A stretch of DNA of 37,707 bases from a virus, in the IMG/VR virus record IMGVR_UViG_3300045988_025481, positions 1 to 37,707 of that record. The stretch is one strand, 5' to 3'. The translations under genes were made by a program, and so were the position numbers. This document shows, one piece after another, positions 7,748 to 17,636 of this stretch. Numbering within the stretch: position 1 is the stretch's first letter; every line of letters begins with the position of its first letter. A model generated the notes under the pieces. That model had not been told where the DNA came from. It saw only the letters and a program-made list of their open reading frames with translations, and made no database searches.

Positions 7748-10323
7748 TGAATTACACCTCCATATCCATATCTTGCTTGCATACGTAACATTCTAGCGAT
7801 TTCATCCGGACTTTGAGCTTTATTGTAGAAGTTGATAGTCTGTCCATTGTTATTCGTTGTAACACTAGGCATAATTTGGACCATATCTTTTGCTACGGCA
7901 CGAATCCACGCTTTATTCTTTTCTAAAGGAACGACTGCTTCTGCTCCATTACCTTCTAACAATCCAATTTGACCGCGTTTCAATACACCACCACGCTCTA
8001 GTTTTGGAATCTTTCCAATGCTAACTCCGGGAATCTTATTGATGATACTGATTGCACCATTAATTCCACCGATAACACCATTTACCATTCCTTTTACACT
8101 TCCAACTAATGATTGCACTGCTCCTTCAATTCCATTGAATACACCATCTACAAAGCCTTTTAAACCGCTCCATGCATTCTGTATTCCATGTAGAACATTT
8201 GAAATCTTATTTCCTACTTTATCCATCACGATTTTTACTTTTGACCACACATCGTCAAATACATTTGAAATAGTATCTTTTACACCTGCGAAGCTAGAAT
8301 CAATTATATCAATCACATTTTGTACAATATTTCCAATATTATCGAATACACCTTTGATAACATTCCATATGCTTTCAAATATGCTTGAAATTGACTGGAA
8401 TAAACCACTTGCAAATTGAATGATTGCAGATACTACCTCACTTATCTTGCCCCAAATATTCGTTGCAACAGTTACGATTAAAGACCAAATATTAGATATG
8501 ATAGATGCAATGATTTGAACAATCGGCATGATGATAGACAATATTGTAGAAATTGCACTTCCAACATATGAAATCACCATACTAATGAACGAAATGATTC
8601 CACTTACAACACTTCCAACTATCGAAAGAATAGATGTGATTACAGGAATTAATCCAACTATGTTTGAAATCACCATCTTTATAATCGCTAGGATAGGTGG
8701 ACCAACCACGCTCAGAATCTTTTGTGCTTGGTTTACGATATTTTGAATAGCTTCAATAATCTTAGCTAATATATCTTTTGCAATAGGTTCAAGTGCAATC
8801 TTCATTTTGTCGATTGCGTCTTTTACCTTATCAAAAGCAGGAGCTAACACTTCAGAAACTTGGCTTGTGATTTTTGTGATTCCACTTGTATCAATCTTAC
8901 TTAATACATTTGAAATTACATCACCAACTTTAGCAAATCCTTGTTGAATACCTTGTATCGCTACTGTAATTAGTCCAATAATACCGGAAAGAATAGGAGT
9001 AATCGCTTCGCCTATTGGAGTAAATGAGTTTAAGAATGTACGCCCTAAGCCACTTAAAGCGTTCTTTAAACCACCATTTGCAATATCTTTAACCTTTTCC
9101 ATTGCTCCTTGTACATCTTTATATTTATTCCCTACTGTCGTTAAGGACTGAATGAATCCGGCGTTGAAATCTTCTCCCATTGTACCGAAAGCCGTTGCAG
9201 ATTTATTCAATTTTTCTTGTTCATTTGTAGTCTTTGAAATATCTTCTACAATCGCATTCACAACATCTTTTTGAGTTGCTCTTCCTTCTTGCCATGCCTT
9301 AAATACATCTTGTGTTTTGGTATCAAAACTATCTAAAGCTCCTTCAATAGTTCCATCAACTAACCTTGTGGTAACTTCGTTAATTGCGTCATTTACTTTG
9401 TCAAGGTTATAAGCTCCACCGTCTAAACCATTCTGCATTAATTGGAAGTATTCTTCTGCCGAATATCCTGCTTGCTTGAATTTACCGGAGTATTCTGAAA
9501 TGTTGTCGCCTAACTCATCTGATTTGTTTAAACCATTCTGAGCACCTGTAGCCATAAGGTCGAAAGCTTCTTGAGAAGTAATTCCGAACTGCTTCATTAA
9601 TTGTTGAGCACCTCTAAGAGTTTCGTTTTCGTCCATACCGAATGTGTCTCTTAATGTCAATAAATCCTCAGTTACATTCTTTAAATCAACATCACTTATG
9701 CCTTGCATTTGTTGCTTGACTCTGCCCATCATATCGGCAACATCTGAAACATCTTCACCGAAATTATTAGACCAAACATCACGAGCAATGCTTTTAAATT
9801 TGCTCATTTCATTGCTTGAAGCACCTGTTTGAGCTTGGAATTTAGCCATAGCGTCATCTAGCTCAACGGCTTGGTTAACACCTGTCTTAATTGCTAATGC
9901 CATCCCACCGATAGCTCCTGCTACGGCAGTAACGCCTACAACACCTCCAACGCCTAAACCTGTTAAGGTTTCAGTGATTGCAGAAGCTTCCGGACTAATA
10001 TTCTGAATCTTTCCTAATAGTCCATCAAATCCACCTTGAATTGATTCTAATGCACTGTTTCCTACTTGCTTAAATACATCAAATTTAGAACCTGTTTCTT
10101 GTGTTTCTGTTTGTGTATTTCTTTGCTCTTCGTTTAAATCTTTAAGTTTATCTTTAATCTTTGGCGGTGCTTTTGAACCATCAGAACCTAGCTTATCAAT
10201 CGCTTTTGAAGTATCTTTGATAGCATTTGTGGCTTCACTTGATACAACCTTTACAGATTTAATTCCATTCTCTAGACCACTTGTATCAATCTTTGTATCA
10301 AACTTTAATGTTCCGTCTGATAT
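7744..10323 (-). CDS. tape measure protein
   Basis: ORF 7744..9903 extends 140 codons upstream in frame with no canonical start. The first codon after an in-frame TGA is ATA 10323..10321, with AAAGGAGGTG upstream. Long helical/hydrophobic repeats are typical of TMPs. Confidence 0.85.
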   Translation of the reverse strand: MSDGTLKFDTKIDTSGLENGIKSVKVVSSEATNAIKDTSKAIDKLGSDGSKAPPKIKDKLKDLNEEQRNTQTETQETGSKFDVFKQVGNSALESIQGGFDGLLGKIQNISPEASAITETLTGLGVGGVVGVTAVAGAIGGMALAIKTGVNQAVELDDAMAKFQAQTGASSNEMSKFKSIARDVWSNNFGEDVSDVADMMGRVKQQMQGISDVDLKNVTEDLLTLRDTFGMDENETLRGAQQLMKQFGITSQEAFDLMATGAQNGLNKSDELGDNISEYSGKFKQAGYSAEEYFQLMQNGLDGGAYNLDKVNDAINEVTTRLVDGTIEGALDSFDTKTQDVFKAWQEGRATQKDVVNAIVEDISKTTNEQEKLNKSATAFGTMGEDFNAGFIQSLTTVGNKYKDVQGAMEKVKDIANGGLKNALSGLGRTFLNSFTPIGEAITPILSGIIGLITVAIQGIQQGFAKVGDVISNVLSKIDTSGITKITSQVSEVLAPAFDKVKDAIDKMKIALEPIAKDILAKIIEAIQNIVNQAQKILSVVGPPILAIIKMVISNIVGLIPVITSILSIVGSVVSGIISFISMVISYVGSAISTILSIIMPIVQIIASIISNIWSLIVTVATNIWGKISEVVSAIIQFASGLFQSISSIFESIWNVIKGVFDNIGNIVQNVIDIIDSSFAGVKDTISNVFDDVWSKVKIVMDKVGNKISNVLHGIQNAWSGLKGFVDGVFNGIEGAVQSLVGSVKGMVNGVIGGINGAISIINKIPGVSIGKIPKLERGGVLKRGQIGLLEGNGAEAVVPLEKNKAWIRAVAKDMVQIMPSVTTNNNGQTINFYNKAQSPDEIARMLRMQARYGYGGVIQ

Positions 10324-10343
10324 TCAATTTGCCACCTCCTTTT

Positions 10344-10907
10344 CTAAACATCAAAATATGAATCAAATTCATCTTTCATTTCTTGTTCCTCTATTGTTAA
10401 TTCAATTGGGAAAGACCACGCTTCTTTTGCTCTTTGATATGCTTTATCTTGTGTATCATTTTTTGAAGTTTTTTCATATCCTCTAACAATCTTTGCATAT
10501 CCCCACAATGTAGAATCACCAACGATATTATTCGCCAATGCTAAGAACTTATGCCAATGCATATCACATTCTGTTAAATCAATGCCGTAAAGTTGCATAA
10601 AAGCCGAATAAATATATTCCCCATCTTGCACATAGTCTAAAGTCTTAACGCCTGTAGAATCACTTCTAGGCGTACTAGAAGGGTTATATAAGAATCGTTC
10701 TAGCTCTTTTAAAATATGCCCATCTATGATAGGTGGTTCATATACAAATAAATAAGAACAATCTACTTCATCAATAACATGATTGTTGAATCGTTCTAAT
10801 TCTTCATAGAATCTTATCCACAAACGAAAATCTGTATTTAATAAAATAGGCTCGCCATCTAGCGATTGTATGCTATTTGGCAAGCCTTTTGTCCGTAAAT
10901 CAATCAT
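10344..10907 (-). CDS. tail assembly protein (Gp15-like), tentative
   Basis: 187-aa ORF between the chaperone-like gene and the TMP. ATGA overlaps the upstream stop. Confidence 0.5.
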   Translation of the reverse strand: MIDLRTKGLPNSIQSLDGEPILLNTDFRLWIRFYEELERFNNHVIDEVDCSYLFVYEPPIIDGHILKELERFLYNPSSTPRSDSTGVKTLDYVQDGEYIYSAFMQLYGIDLTECDMHWHKFLALANNIVGDSTLWGYAKIVRGYEKTSKNDTQDKAYQRAKEAWSFPIELTIEEQEMKDEFDSYFDV

Positions 10908-11266
10908 TTCTTTTCCGTAACCTTTGAAACTGCATTGCTTGCATCAATTAAGCTTTTGATTGCTTTATCGTTCATTAATGTTCTAGCTTTCTTCATTGCT
11001 TGTTCATTTGTTTTTCTTGAATATTCTTCATCAATTAAATTCACAATATATAACACTTCCATTAAATCTACTTGTTCAATATCTACGCTACCTAACATGC
11101 TTTCAATCTGTTCATCTGTTAATACTGTTTTCAGATAGTCGAATTTAGCTCGATATGCTTCTTCATGTGTAGCATGATATGCGTTACAAGCGTCCTCTGC
11201 TTTTAATACTTCAATTGTTTTAGGTGGGATTTCATACTGCTTCCCTTCATACGTGATTCTATTCAT
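10904..11266 (-). CDS. tail assembly chaperone-like protein
   Basis: 120-aa acidic ORF between the major tail gene and the TMP; assigned by position. Confidence 0.5.
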   Translation of the reverse strand: MNRITYEGKQYEIPPKTIEVLKAEDACNAYHATHEEAYRAKFDYLKTVLTDEQIESMLGSVDIEQVDLMEVLYIVNLIDEEYSRKTNEQAMKKARTLMNDKAIKSLIDASNAVSKVTEKK

Positions 11267-11284
11267 GATTTACCTCTTCTTTCT

Positions 11285-11791
11285 TTATACTTCTGATGTA
11301 CCTTCTGTAAATGTTACTGTTCCATCTGCTACCTTTGCAGTACCGACACGAATATCGCTTGCAAAGTTAATATTGAAGTTGATTTTTGAATCGACACCGC
11401 TTAATGTGTCAAAAATCAATTTAGCGTCAACTTCCCACGCTTTATAGCCTTTAGTTTTGTCTCCGTCAAACATAAATACAAGTAAAGCTTTTGTATTTAC
11501 TTCTTCATTGTTTGGTACGGATTTCATCATTTGTTCGTAAATGTATTCAAAGTCATCTTCACCTTTAATCATAGTCAAATCCTGTGAGATTTGAGGTGAA
11601 TAACTCTTTAATGATTCTGTTGGGTTCTTATCTGCGATAAAGTCATATGTTTCAGTTTCGCTATTAAATGCAATATCTAAAGTTGTAGACTTTTTAATTC
11701 GCTTGTATCCTGTTCCCATTTGTAAGAACAATCCAATCATATACTTTTTGACTGTCTGTCCTGTATTTACTTCAGTTCCTTGAGTTGCTAT
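11285..11791 (-). CDS. major tail protein
   Basis: ORF 11285..11740 extends 17 codons to ATA 11791..11789 (AAGGAGC plus 8 nt; TAATA overlap with the upstream stop). ATG 11740 has no SD. Position supports the call. Confidence 0.65.
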   Translation of the reverse strand: MATQGTEVNTGQTVKKYMIGLFLQMGTGYKRIKKSTTLDIAFNSETETYDFIADKNPTESLKSYSPQISQDLTMIKGEDDFEYIYEQMMKSVPNNEEVNTKALLVFMFDGDKTKGYKAWEVDAKLIFDTLSGVDSKINFNINFASDIRVGTAKVADGTVTFTEGTSEV

Positions 11792-12210
11792 TAATTAAGC
11801 TCCTTTCTGTATTTAATTTGAATAGTCAATGCATATACTGCTTGATTATCCTCATTTGTGTATAGATATAAACCACTTGAAACGGAAACATCCTCACAAT
11901 GTCTGTTTCCGTCTAGTTGTGGTAATTCTCCGCTTAAATTCTTTTCGTCAATCCAATTTTCTAATTCTTCTAGAAAAACATTGTTATCTTGTCTTTCTGG
12001 TTCAATTTGTGTATTCCTACGTGCTAGAAACGTGTAGTATTCAGTACGCATTTGAGAACCATCAATGTATGTATTTACAATTGCGTTAGGTTCTTTATAC
12101 AATGCATAAGAGATAGCTTGTTGCGCTAAAACATCCGTTTCAATACGTTCATCTATCTGTATATTTCCGTAGCCATAAAGCCACTGAATCAACGCTTTTG
12201 ATACTGTCAT
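11791..12210 (-). CDS. tail completion/terminator-type head-tail protein
   Basis: 139-aa ORF in the head-tail joining block. ATGA overlap with TAGGAGACGG upstream. Confidence 0.5.
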   Translation of the reverse strand: MTVSKALIQWLYGYGNIQIDERIETDVLAQQAISYALYKEPNAIVNTYIDGSQMRTEYYTFLARRNTQIEPERQDNNVFLEELENWIDEKNLSGELPQLDGNRHCEDVSVSSGLYLYTNEDNQAVYALTIQIKYRKELN

Positions 12211-12581
12211 TTTCCGTCTCCTATCATTTGTTGTGTCATTTGTTGTGCTTTCTTCAAGATTGCTTCTGCTCCGCCATTTCGCATAGCTTTGTCAAACCAA
12301 TGGTCTGTTTTACCACCAACGAAATGAGCACCCTCTTTGTTGTAATACCAACGTCTAGCATAAGGAGCACTTGGTCCACCTTGCTTTACTAATCCACTAC
12401 CGATTTGAGTATTTCTTGTAGCCGAGTTAATCAATGCTCCTGTGTCTCTCGGCGTATATGGGGCCATAAGCCTAATGACTTCAGAATCAATCATTTGTTG
12501 AACTTGTCCACGTTCTTCAAGTCCTCTTGATTGCTTAATTTGGGGAATTGATTCAACATCAAGTTTAACTTTGATACCTAT
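12207..12581 (-). CDS. HK97 gp10-like head-tail protein
   Basis: Frame of ORF 12207..12653. ATA 12581..12579 follows GGGAGG by 10 nt and overlaps the upstream stop as ATAG. ATG 12653 would overlap the upstream gene by 75 nt and has no SD. Confidence 0.55.
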   Translation of the reverse strand: MGIKVKLDVESIPQIKQSRGLEERGQVQQMIDSEVIRLMAPYTPRDTGALINSATRNTQIGSGLVKQGGPSAPYARRWYYNKEGAHFVGGKTDHWFDKAMRNGGAEAILKKAQQMTQQMIGDGK

Positions 12582-12997
12582 TGACCCACAACCTCCCAAT
12601 GTTTCAACATATCGACATTCGTACAATCTGTTACGCTTTGAACGGTTGTCCATTCGTATTTCTTTTTAGCTTCATTTATTGCTTTGATGTTAGATAAATC
12701 TTCTTTAACTTCTCCAAAGAATACGAAATCTGTCTTATCTGTATTTAATGTGAAGTGTTTTGATTTCTCATCATTTGAAAGTTTCGCATATGCGTAAGGT
12801 TCAACATATCCCTCACGATACAGAATGGTAATATTTGTGGATGTGGCTATGCTCAGAATATTACCGTTTGCAGTTCTAACAGTTGATTGTCTCCACATAC
12901 ATTTATCAAGAATAGAAGCTTGAAACCTATCTTCTCTTGTCAATGTGTCATAGTAGTGATTAACAAGTGTAATTGAATCCTCAAAGAATCCTATCAT
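12578..12997 (-). CDS. head-tail connector / minor capsid-type protein
   Basis: ORF 12578..13042. The likely start is ATG 12997, which overlaps the upstream stop as ATGA (MIGFFEDS...). Confidence 0.5.
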   Translation of the reverse strand: MIGFFEDSITLVNHYYDTLTREDRFQASILDKCMWRQSTVRTANGNILSIATSTNITILYREGYVEPYAYAKLSNDEKSKHFTLNTDKTDFVFFGEVKEDLSNIKAINEAKKKYEWTTVQSVTDCTNVDMLKHWEVVGQ

Positions 12998-13341
12998 AAT
13001 GCAATCCATCTTTCTTTCATTAAATCCGTATCTCCTAACCAAAAGGCTATAATATCCTCAAGCGTGTTTCTTTTATCCGTGTGTGAAGCGTTTATAAAGC
13101 TTTTGGAATATCCACCATTTGAAATACTTGATACACCATAAATTGAATCTTGAAAGATTACATTGTTTAAGACATCGCAAATACAATCTTTTAAAGTATC
13201 TTCGTTTTGTTCGTTAATTGAATCAACATTCACATACTTCAATACCATTGCTTCTGCTTTGTAAGAATACTGATTGAATTGATTTTCATCGAATTTAGGA
13301 AAATGGGAATTGTAATATTCCCAATCTAAAATATCGTTCAT
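12994..13341 (-). CDS. head-tail connector (gp6-like), tentative
   Basis: 115-aa ORF with AAAAGGGGGA plus 7 nt upstream of the ATG; assigned by position. Confidence 0.5.
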   Translation of the reverse strand: MNDILDWEYYNSHFPKFDENQFNQYSYKAEAMVLKYVNVDSINEQNEDTLKDCICDVLNNVIFQDSIYGVSSISNGGYSKSFINASHTDKRNTLEDIIAFWLGDTDLMKERWIAL

Positions 13342-13361
13342 TTTACAATCCCCCTTTTTAG

Positions 13362-13463
13362 CTATTTTTCATTTTGAGGTTTAGCTTCCTCTTTTGTTTT
13401 AGGTTTTCCTTTTTTAGGCTTTTCAACTTTAGAAGGATAACCCCAACCGATTTCCTTTGCCAT
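13362..13463 (-). CDS. 33-aa lysine-rich peptide (MAKEIGWGYPSKVEKPKKGKPKTKEEAKPQNEK)
   Basis: Hand-translated. TAATG overlaps the capsid gene stop. Confidence 0.35.
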   Translation of the reverse strand: MAKEIGWGYPSKVEKPKKGKPKTKEEAKPQNEK

Positions 13464-14332
13464 TACTTAGCACTAGCAGATAAATAAATACCTGCTACCT
13501 TATTTGCGTATACATCAACGATTCCATACTTACGATATTTCAAAACATCTGAATCTGATTCAATGTTATTGCTTGCGGGAATCACATTTGAAACAGTGTG
13601 CTTATCCCATTTCATAACGGCAGGTTTATGAACAATTAAGAAGTTGATTACGTGTCCATCTTCTGCCTTTTCGTATCCACCTTCTAACTCTGTGTCTTTT
13701 CCGCTCAACAATTTGATTTTTGTATAGAAACGACTAGCAGGTACAGGAACAACTTTTGCGAATCCTTGTAAAGCTTCACGAGATTTGTAAGTGTCCAACG
13801 CCTTAACGCCATTTAATAATGTAGGTGTAGCATACAAGATACGTTGTTCGCTAGGAACTTCATCTTCATCCATTTTAGTAGTTGCCGTTAATAATGCGCT
13901 CAAGAACTCTTCTGAAGTTGTATAATCTTCGGCAACTGTTGTGATTCCTGTTGTGCCTGCAATCTTAGCGAATGTGTAAGCGTCTGCTTCCGGCGCAACC
14001 TTTGTACGCATTAATTCTGCTCCTGCCATACCGAATGCAATGTTCATTGATTCTGCGTTATCTTGTGTATCAACTGAGATTTTAGTACCTCGGTCATAGT
14101 CGAATGTAGCAGTTTTCCATTCTAACTTAACTGAGTTACCTGTATAACCACTGTTTCTATCGTAGTTTCCTAAACCTTTAACAGAAATTTGTGGATAGAT
14201 GATTTCTTTTGCGTTTGCTCCTGCTCGTACCATTGTAGCGTCTGCATTTAAATCACCTGTAACTGAAGCTAACTTATATACCTCATCCAAATTTGAGACA
14301 TACGTTTTAGCTAATGCAATTTCATTTGGTAT
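13463..14332 (-). CDS. major capsid protein
   Basis: ORF 13463..14290 extends 14 codons to ATA 14332..14330 (AAGGAGG plus 9 nt). The extension restores a typical ...Y.S.LDEVYK N-terminus. The gene follows the scaffold gene. Confidence 0.8.
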   Translation of the reverse strand: MPNEIALAKTYVSNLDEVYKLASVTGDLNADATMVRAGANAKEIIYPQISVKGLGNYDRNSGYTGNSVKLEWKTATFDYDRGTKISVDTQDNAESMNIAFGMAGAELMRTKVAPEADAYTFAKIAGTTGITTVAEDYTTSEEFLSALLTATTKMDEDEVPSEQRILYATPTLLNGVKALDTYKSREALQGFAKVVPVPASRFYTKIKLLSGKDTELEGGYEKAEDGHVINFLIVHKPAVMKWDKHTVSNVIPASNNIESDSDVLKYRKYGIVDVYANKVAGIYLSASAK

Positions 14333-14346
14333 TAATTAAATCCTCC

Positions 14347-14931
14347 TTATTTCTTTTCTGTAGTTAAGCCCATTGCCTGTCGTAGCAATAAATCTTCTGC
14401 ATTTGGGTTTGCTCCTTGCCCACTGCTTCCAACGATATTTCCTGTTGCAGTAGGTCCTTTCTGTTCTTCTTCAAATAAGATTGGCTTATTCTCTTTTAAT
14501 GTTTTAAAAGCTTTGTCAATATCATTTGTTTGGTCTTTTGAATTTAGTAAATCATCATAATTGAATTGTGATTTTGCTAAATCGAAATCTTTACATCCGT
14601 ATTCTTTAGCTTTTGCACTTAATACAGAATCAAGATTCATTTTGCTAATCTGAGCTTCGTAGTTTGTCTTTTGAGTATCAATATCATTCGTCAATGTATT
14701 GATTTTTTTTCTTAACTCTTCTACATCAACTCCATCATAGTTTTCCTTGAATTTATCAAACTTTGTTTGAATATCCTTTGCGTTGTTCTCTGCTAAAGAT
14801 AGCTTTTCTTTTTGCTTGTCAAACTCTGCAATCGTCTTATAGTTGTCATTTACTAGCTTTGTAACTGAGTCCTCTTGTTCTTCGGTTAATTCAATGTTTG
14901 ATTCTTTTAAAATTTCAATAATGTTTTTCAT
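14347..14931 (-). CDS. capsid scaffolding protein (DUF4355-like)
   Basis: 194-aa helical, charged ORF upstream of the MCP, with TTAGGAGGGCAC-ATG. Confidence 0.7.
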   Translation of the reverse strand: MKNIIEILKESNIELTEEQEDSVTKLVNDNYKTIAEFDKQKEKLSLAENNAKDIQTKFDKFKENYDGVDVEELRKKINTLTNDIDTQKTNYEAQISKMNLDSVLSAKAKEYGCKDFDLAKSQFNYDDLLNSKDQTNDIDKAFKTLKENKPILFEEEQKGPTATGNIVGSSGQGANPNAEDLLLRQAMGLTTEKK

Positions 14932-15000
14932 GTGCCCTCCTAAAGTCTTTTGTAAACCGAATCTTCTCCGGTATGGTATTGGCTAACTATATTTTAGCTT

Positions 15001-15023
15001 GAATAATAGCTCACAATGTGAGC
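15001..15023 (-). terminator. weak terminator-like palindrome GCTCACATTGTGAGC plus a T-rich tail
   Basis: 15-bp palindrome at 15009..15023, 3 nt after the stop of gene 15027..16208. The same motif recurs at 26221..26235. Confidence 0.35.
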
Positions 15024-15026
15024 GTT

Positions 15027-16208
15027 TTATCCGATTCTAAGCCTATCGTTGTGAACTCTATCTCCCATTTCAGAACTGAAAGCTTTATATACTGCATTTG
15101 CGTGTTTTAGCTTGATTTTGGCTTCTGTACTTCCTAGTCCTTGATTATCCAATAAGATTACTTCCCTTTTTAACGCTCTGATGTTTCTTTCTAATTCTCT
15201 TTGATACTGCCTAGCTTCATATCCTTCATATTCTTTTCCTTGGAATGTGAAAGGCTTTGTATCAATATTCTTTAACTGCTCTTTTGTGTAGGCATAAGGC
15301 ATATCAACATCCCAAACAGGTTGAGCAAAATGTCTACATCCATAATCTTTTTCTTCTCCATGCGTTAATTCATACAAGCTAGGATATAGTTTCCCTTGCG
15401 TATCATATCGCTTCCCTTGCCACTTCTTATGACTTGGACGTGCGTTTGCGTGAGCATCAAACTCGAATACAGTAACTCCTATATCTTTTGCGCATTTATT
15501 GTTGATTTCTTGTGATGATTCCTTTTCTGCGTACTGCATTTGTTGTCTCACCCATACATCCACATTTCTTTTCACGCCTGTATCATATTCCACAATCTTT
15601 ACACCACTATCCGCCAATTTAGAGATAGCTTTTCTACAAGAATCATCAATTGTGCATTTACCACCTAATACATTTTTAACTTCTTCTTGAACTACCTTTG
15701 TAAAGAATACCGGTAATTTATCTTTACCGATTGCATACGTGTTAGCACTTGTCTTGATGTATTTCTTCCAATGCTTTGATGTGTCATTTTGTGGACTGAT
15801 ATATAAATCCATTTTGAGCTTCTTTTTGATAGGTTTCCCGCTTGCTACTTCGATTAAATCAAGCGTTCCTTGCTTACTTTCTTCAAAATCCTTTTTAGAT
15901 TCCTTGATTACATCTTTTTTAAGGCTTTTTGATTCTTTTTTCGTAAATTTACGCAAATCTACGAGTGATTTTGCCAATATCTCATTAAATTTTGCATTTT
16001 CTTCGGTGCTTTTCTCTAAAACTTCACGAATTTTATTAGATACGAATATTATCATTCCTAATTCAAATACACTAGCACGCTTTACACTTTTTCTTTCTCT
16101 TTCTTCAAGTTTTCTTCTTTTCTCAATCTGTCTTTGTAGACGTTCTTGCTTCCTTTGTTGTTGCCTTTTTTCACGCTCTTGTTCCCTTTGCTCTTCTTCA
16201 CCTAACAT
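15027..16208 (-). CDS. minor capsid / head morphogenesis protein (SPP1 gp7 / Minor_capsid_2-like)
   Basis: 393-aa ORF upstream of the scaffold gene. The conserved C-terminal half (ARPSHKKWQGKRY...) resembles minor capsid proteins. Confidence 0.6.
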   Translation of the reverse strand: MLGEEEQREQEREKRQQQRKQERLQRQIEKRRKLEERERKSVKRASVFELGMIIFVSNKIREVLEKSTEENAKFNEILAKSLVDLRKFTKKESKSLKKDVIKESKKDFEESKQGTLDLIEVASGKPIKKKLKMDLYISPQNDTSKHWKKYIKTSANTYAIGKDKLPVFFTKVVQEEVKNVLGGKCTIDDSCRKAISKLADSGVKIVEYDTGVKRNVDVWVRQQMQYAEKESSQEINNKCAKDIGVTVFEFDAHANARPSHKKWQGKRYDTQGKLYPSLYELTHGEEKDYGCRHFAQPVWDVDMPYAYTKEQLKNIDTKPFTFQGKEYEGYEARQYQRELERNIRALKREVILLDNQGLGSTEAKIKLKHANAVYKAFSSEMGDRVHNDRLRIG

Positions 16209-16221
16209 TTATATACCCCCT

Positions 16222-16247
16222 ATAGAAAAAGGGCTTAAATGCCCTTT
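16222..16247 (-). terminator. terminator-like hairpin inside the late region
   Basis: Minus strand reads AAAGGGC-ATTTAA-GCCCTTT followed by TTCT. It lies between the XkdX-like gene and the minor capsid gene. Confidence 0.5.
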
Positions 16248-16263
16248 AAAACGCTTTTAATGC

Positions 16264-16383
16264 CTATTTAATTAATTCTTTTCTCTGAGTTTCTGTAATC
16301 CACCCAATAGATACAAACATTTCTAAATCGCTCTTTGTAAATAATCCTAATTCATAATACGATTTGATTAATTCATAACTCAT
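16264..16383 (-). CDS. xkdX: XkdX-family small protein
   Basis: Hand-translated 39 aa: MSYELIKSYYELGLFTKSDLEMFVSIGWITETQRKELIK. It matches the XkdX motif (Y..G.yt..d...fV..g.IT). Confidence 0.6.
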   Translation of the reverse strand: MSYELIKSYYELGLFTKSDLEMFVSIGWITETQRKELIK

Positions 16384-16384
16384 A

Positions 16385-16723
16385 CTACTTCACCCCATTC
16401 AATTGAACTTTTAATTGTGCAATCTGTAACATCAATTGTGCGTTAATCTTCTGTTGCTCGGTTGGTACTGCTTTCTCTTCGATTGTAGGTTTGTCTCCTT
16501 CTGCAACCTCAACCGCTTTACCTTCTACATATTTGTAGTTGTATCTACCATGTTCGTCAATTAATCCTTTTTCTAGATATTGACTTTGAGCATGCACGTA
16601 TTTATCGCCTTGCCCTTGGTCAATTTCTGTCATAGCTTGAATTTCTTCTTCTGATAAAAAGATTTCTGAATTAATAGATGTGATACATTTATCATCGTTC
16701 AATTTAACATATACCTTATACAT
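16385..16723 (-). CDS. XkdW-like / fibre-associated small protein, tentative
   Basis: 112-aa ORF directly before the XkdX-like gene. Confidence 0.4.
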   Translation of the reverse strand: MYKVYVKLNDDKCITSINSEIFLSEEEIQAMTEIDQGQGDKYVHAQSQYLEKGLIDEHGRYNYKYVEGKAVEVAEGDKPTIEEKAVPTEQQKINAQLMLQIAQLKVQLNGVK

Positions 16724-16738
16724 TCTTTTTGCTCCCTT

Positions 16739-17635
16739 CTATGCTGCGTAAATTTCTGCGTCCAATTCAATGTAGCCGTCTGTATCAAATACCAATGTAC
16801 AGTTTTGTGTGGTACTATCCGGTGCTAGTAATATTGTGATTTCGTTATAATTTGTTAATGAAATTTCTCCCACACTACTGAAATTATATTTTTTATAAGA
16901 AGCCCAATAATACAACCAAAAACTGCCAGCGCCTTTTATTGTCGGTTTAGTTCTCATATTTGATAGTTCATCACTAGATATATACGTTTGAGTTGTGAAA
17001 TAGCCATTTAATGATGCTTGTAATTGCTTGTAGTACATCATGCACTTCTGCAATTCTTCCGCGTAGTTTGGCGCAACATAAGTTGTAGCTTTACTACCTT
17101 TCTCTAATTTAATCCATTCAATCGTGATTGACGCTCCTTGCTTCAATTCGATACTTGCTTCATTTAATAAAGATAAAGTTACGGTGTTTAAACCTTTTAC
17201 AATCTTCTTCCCATTTGCTTGATTGTATAAATACGCATTACCTGTCACTGCCGTAATATTGCACGATAATGTGCACGTATCATTGATTGCGTGTTCTAAG
17301 ATTTGTTTAAACCACGAACTTGTATCAGTAGTAGCTAATGATGTGATTGTGGCCGTGCCATCAATATTGTATACTACCTCAGTATTAATGCTAATCCATC
17401 TATCTAGTGTATACGTTGGTTTCGTAGTATTGTTCGTGTACGTTCCACGTCCTCTTTGGTCAACTTTGAAATTCGAGTTAAGCAATAAATTTGGATTACT
17501 GAATCTTTCTGCAATGTAATCCATTAGTTGCGACAATGTACCTTTTTTTAATCCTGCTCCGTTATGAACTGGTAATAAGCTTGTATCCGTAAATGTAGGC
17601 AATGCGTCTAATTCTGTTACTTGTTTCCCTGCCAT
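16739..17635 (-). CDS. receptor-binding / tail-fibre-like protein
   Basis: ORF 16739..17683. The best start is ATG 17635 after AAGGAGGA plus 5 nt (MAGKQVTELDALP...). The NLLLNSNF...DRW pattern is typical of fibre tips. Confidence 0.5.
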   Translation of the reverse strand: MAGKQVTELDALPTFTDTSLLPVHNGAGLKKGTLSQLMDYIAERFSNPNLLLNSNFKVDQRGRGTYTNNTTKPTYTLDRWISINTEVVYNIDGTATITSLATTDTSSWFKQILEHAINDTCTLSCNITAVTGNAYLYNQANGKKIVKGLNTVTLSLLNEASIELKQGASITIEWIKLEKGSKATTYVAPNYAEELQKCMMYYKQLQASLNGYFTTQTYISSDELSNMRTKPTIKGAGSFWLYYWASYKKYNFSSVGEISLTNYNEITILLAPDSTTQNCTLVFDTDGYIELDAEIYAA

Positions 17636-17636
17636 G

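Noticed and set aside
10900-10930. Canonical -1 programmed frameshift between the two genes upstream of the tape measure (gpG/gpGT type).
   Set aside because: The downstream ORF is in the -1 frame, but it has its own ATG in an ATGA overlap. I found no XXXYYYZ slippery heptamer near the junction (ACGGAAAAGAAATGA). It cannot be excluded without experiment.
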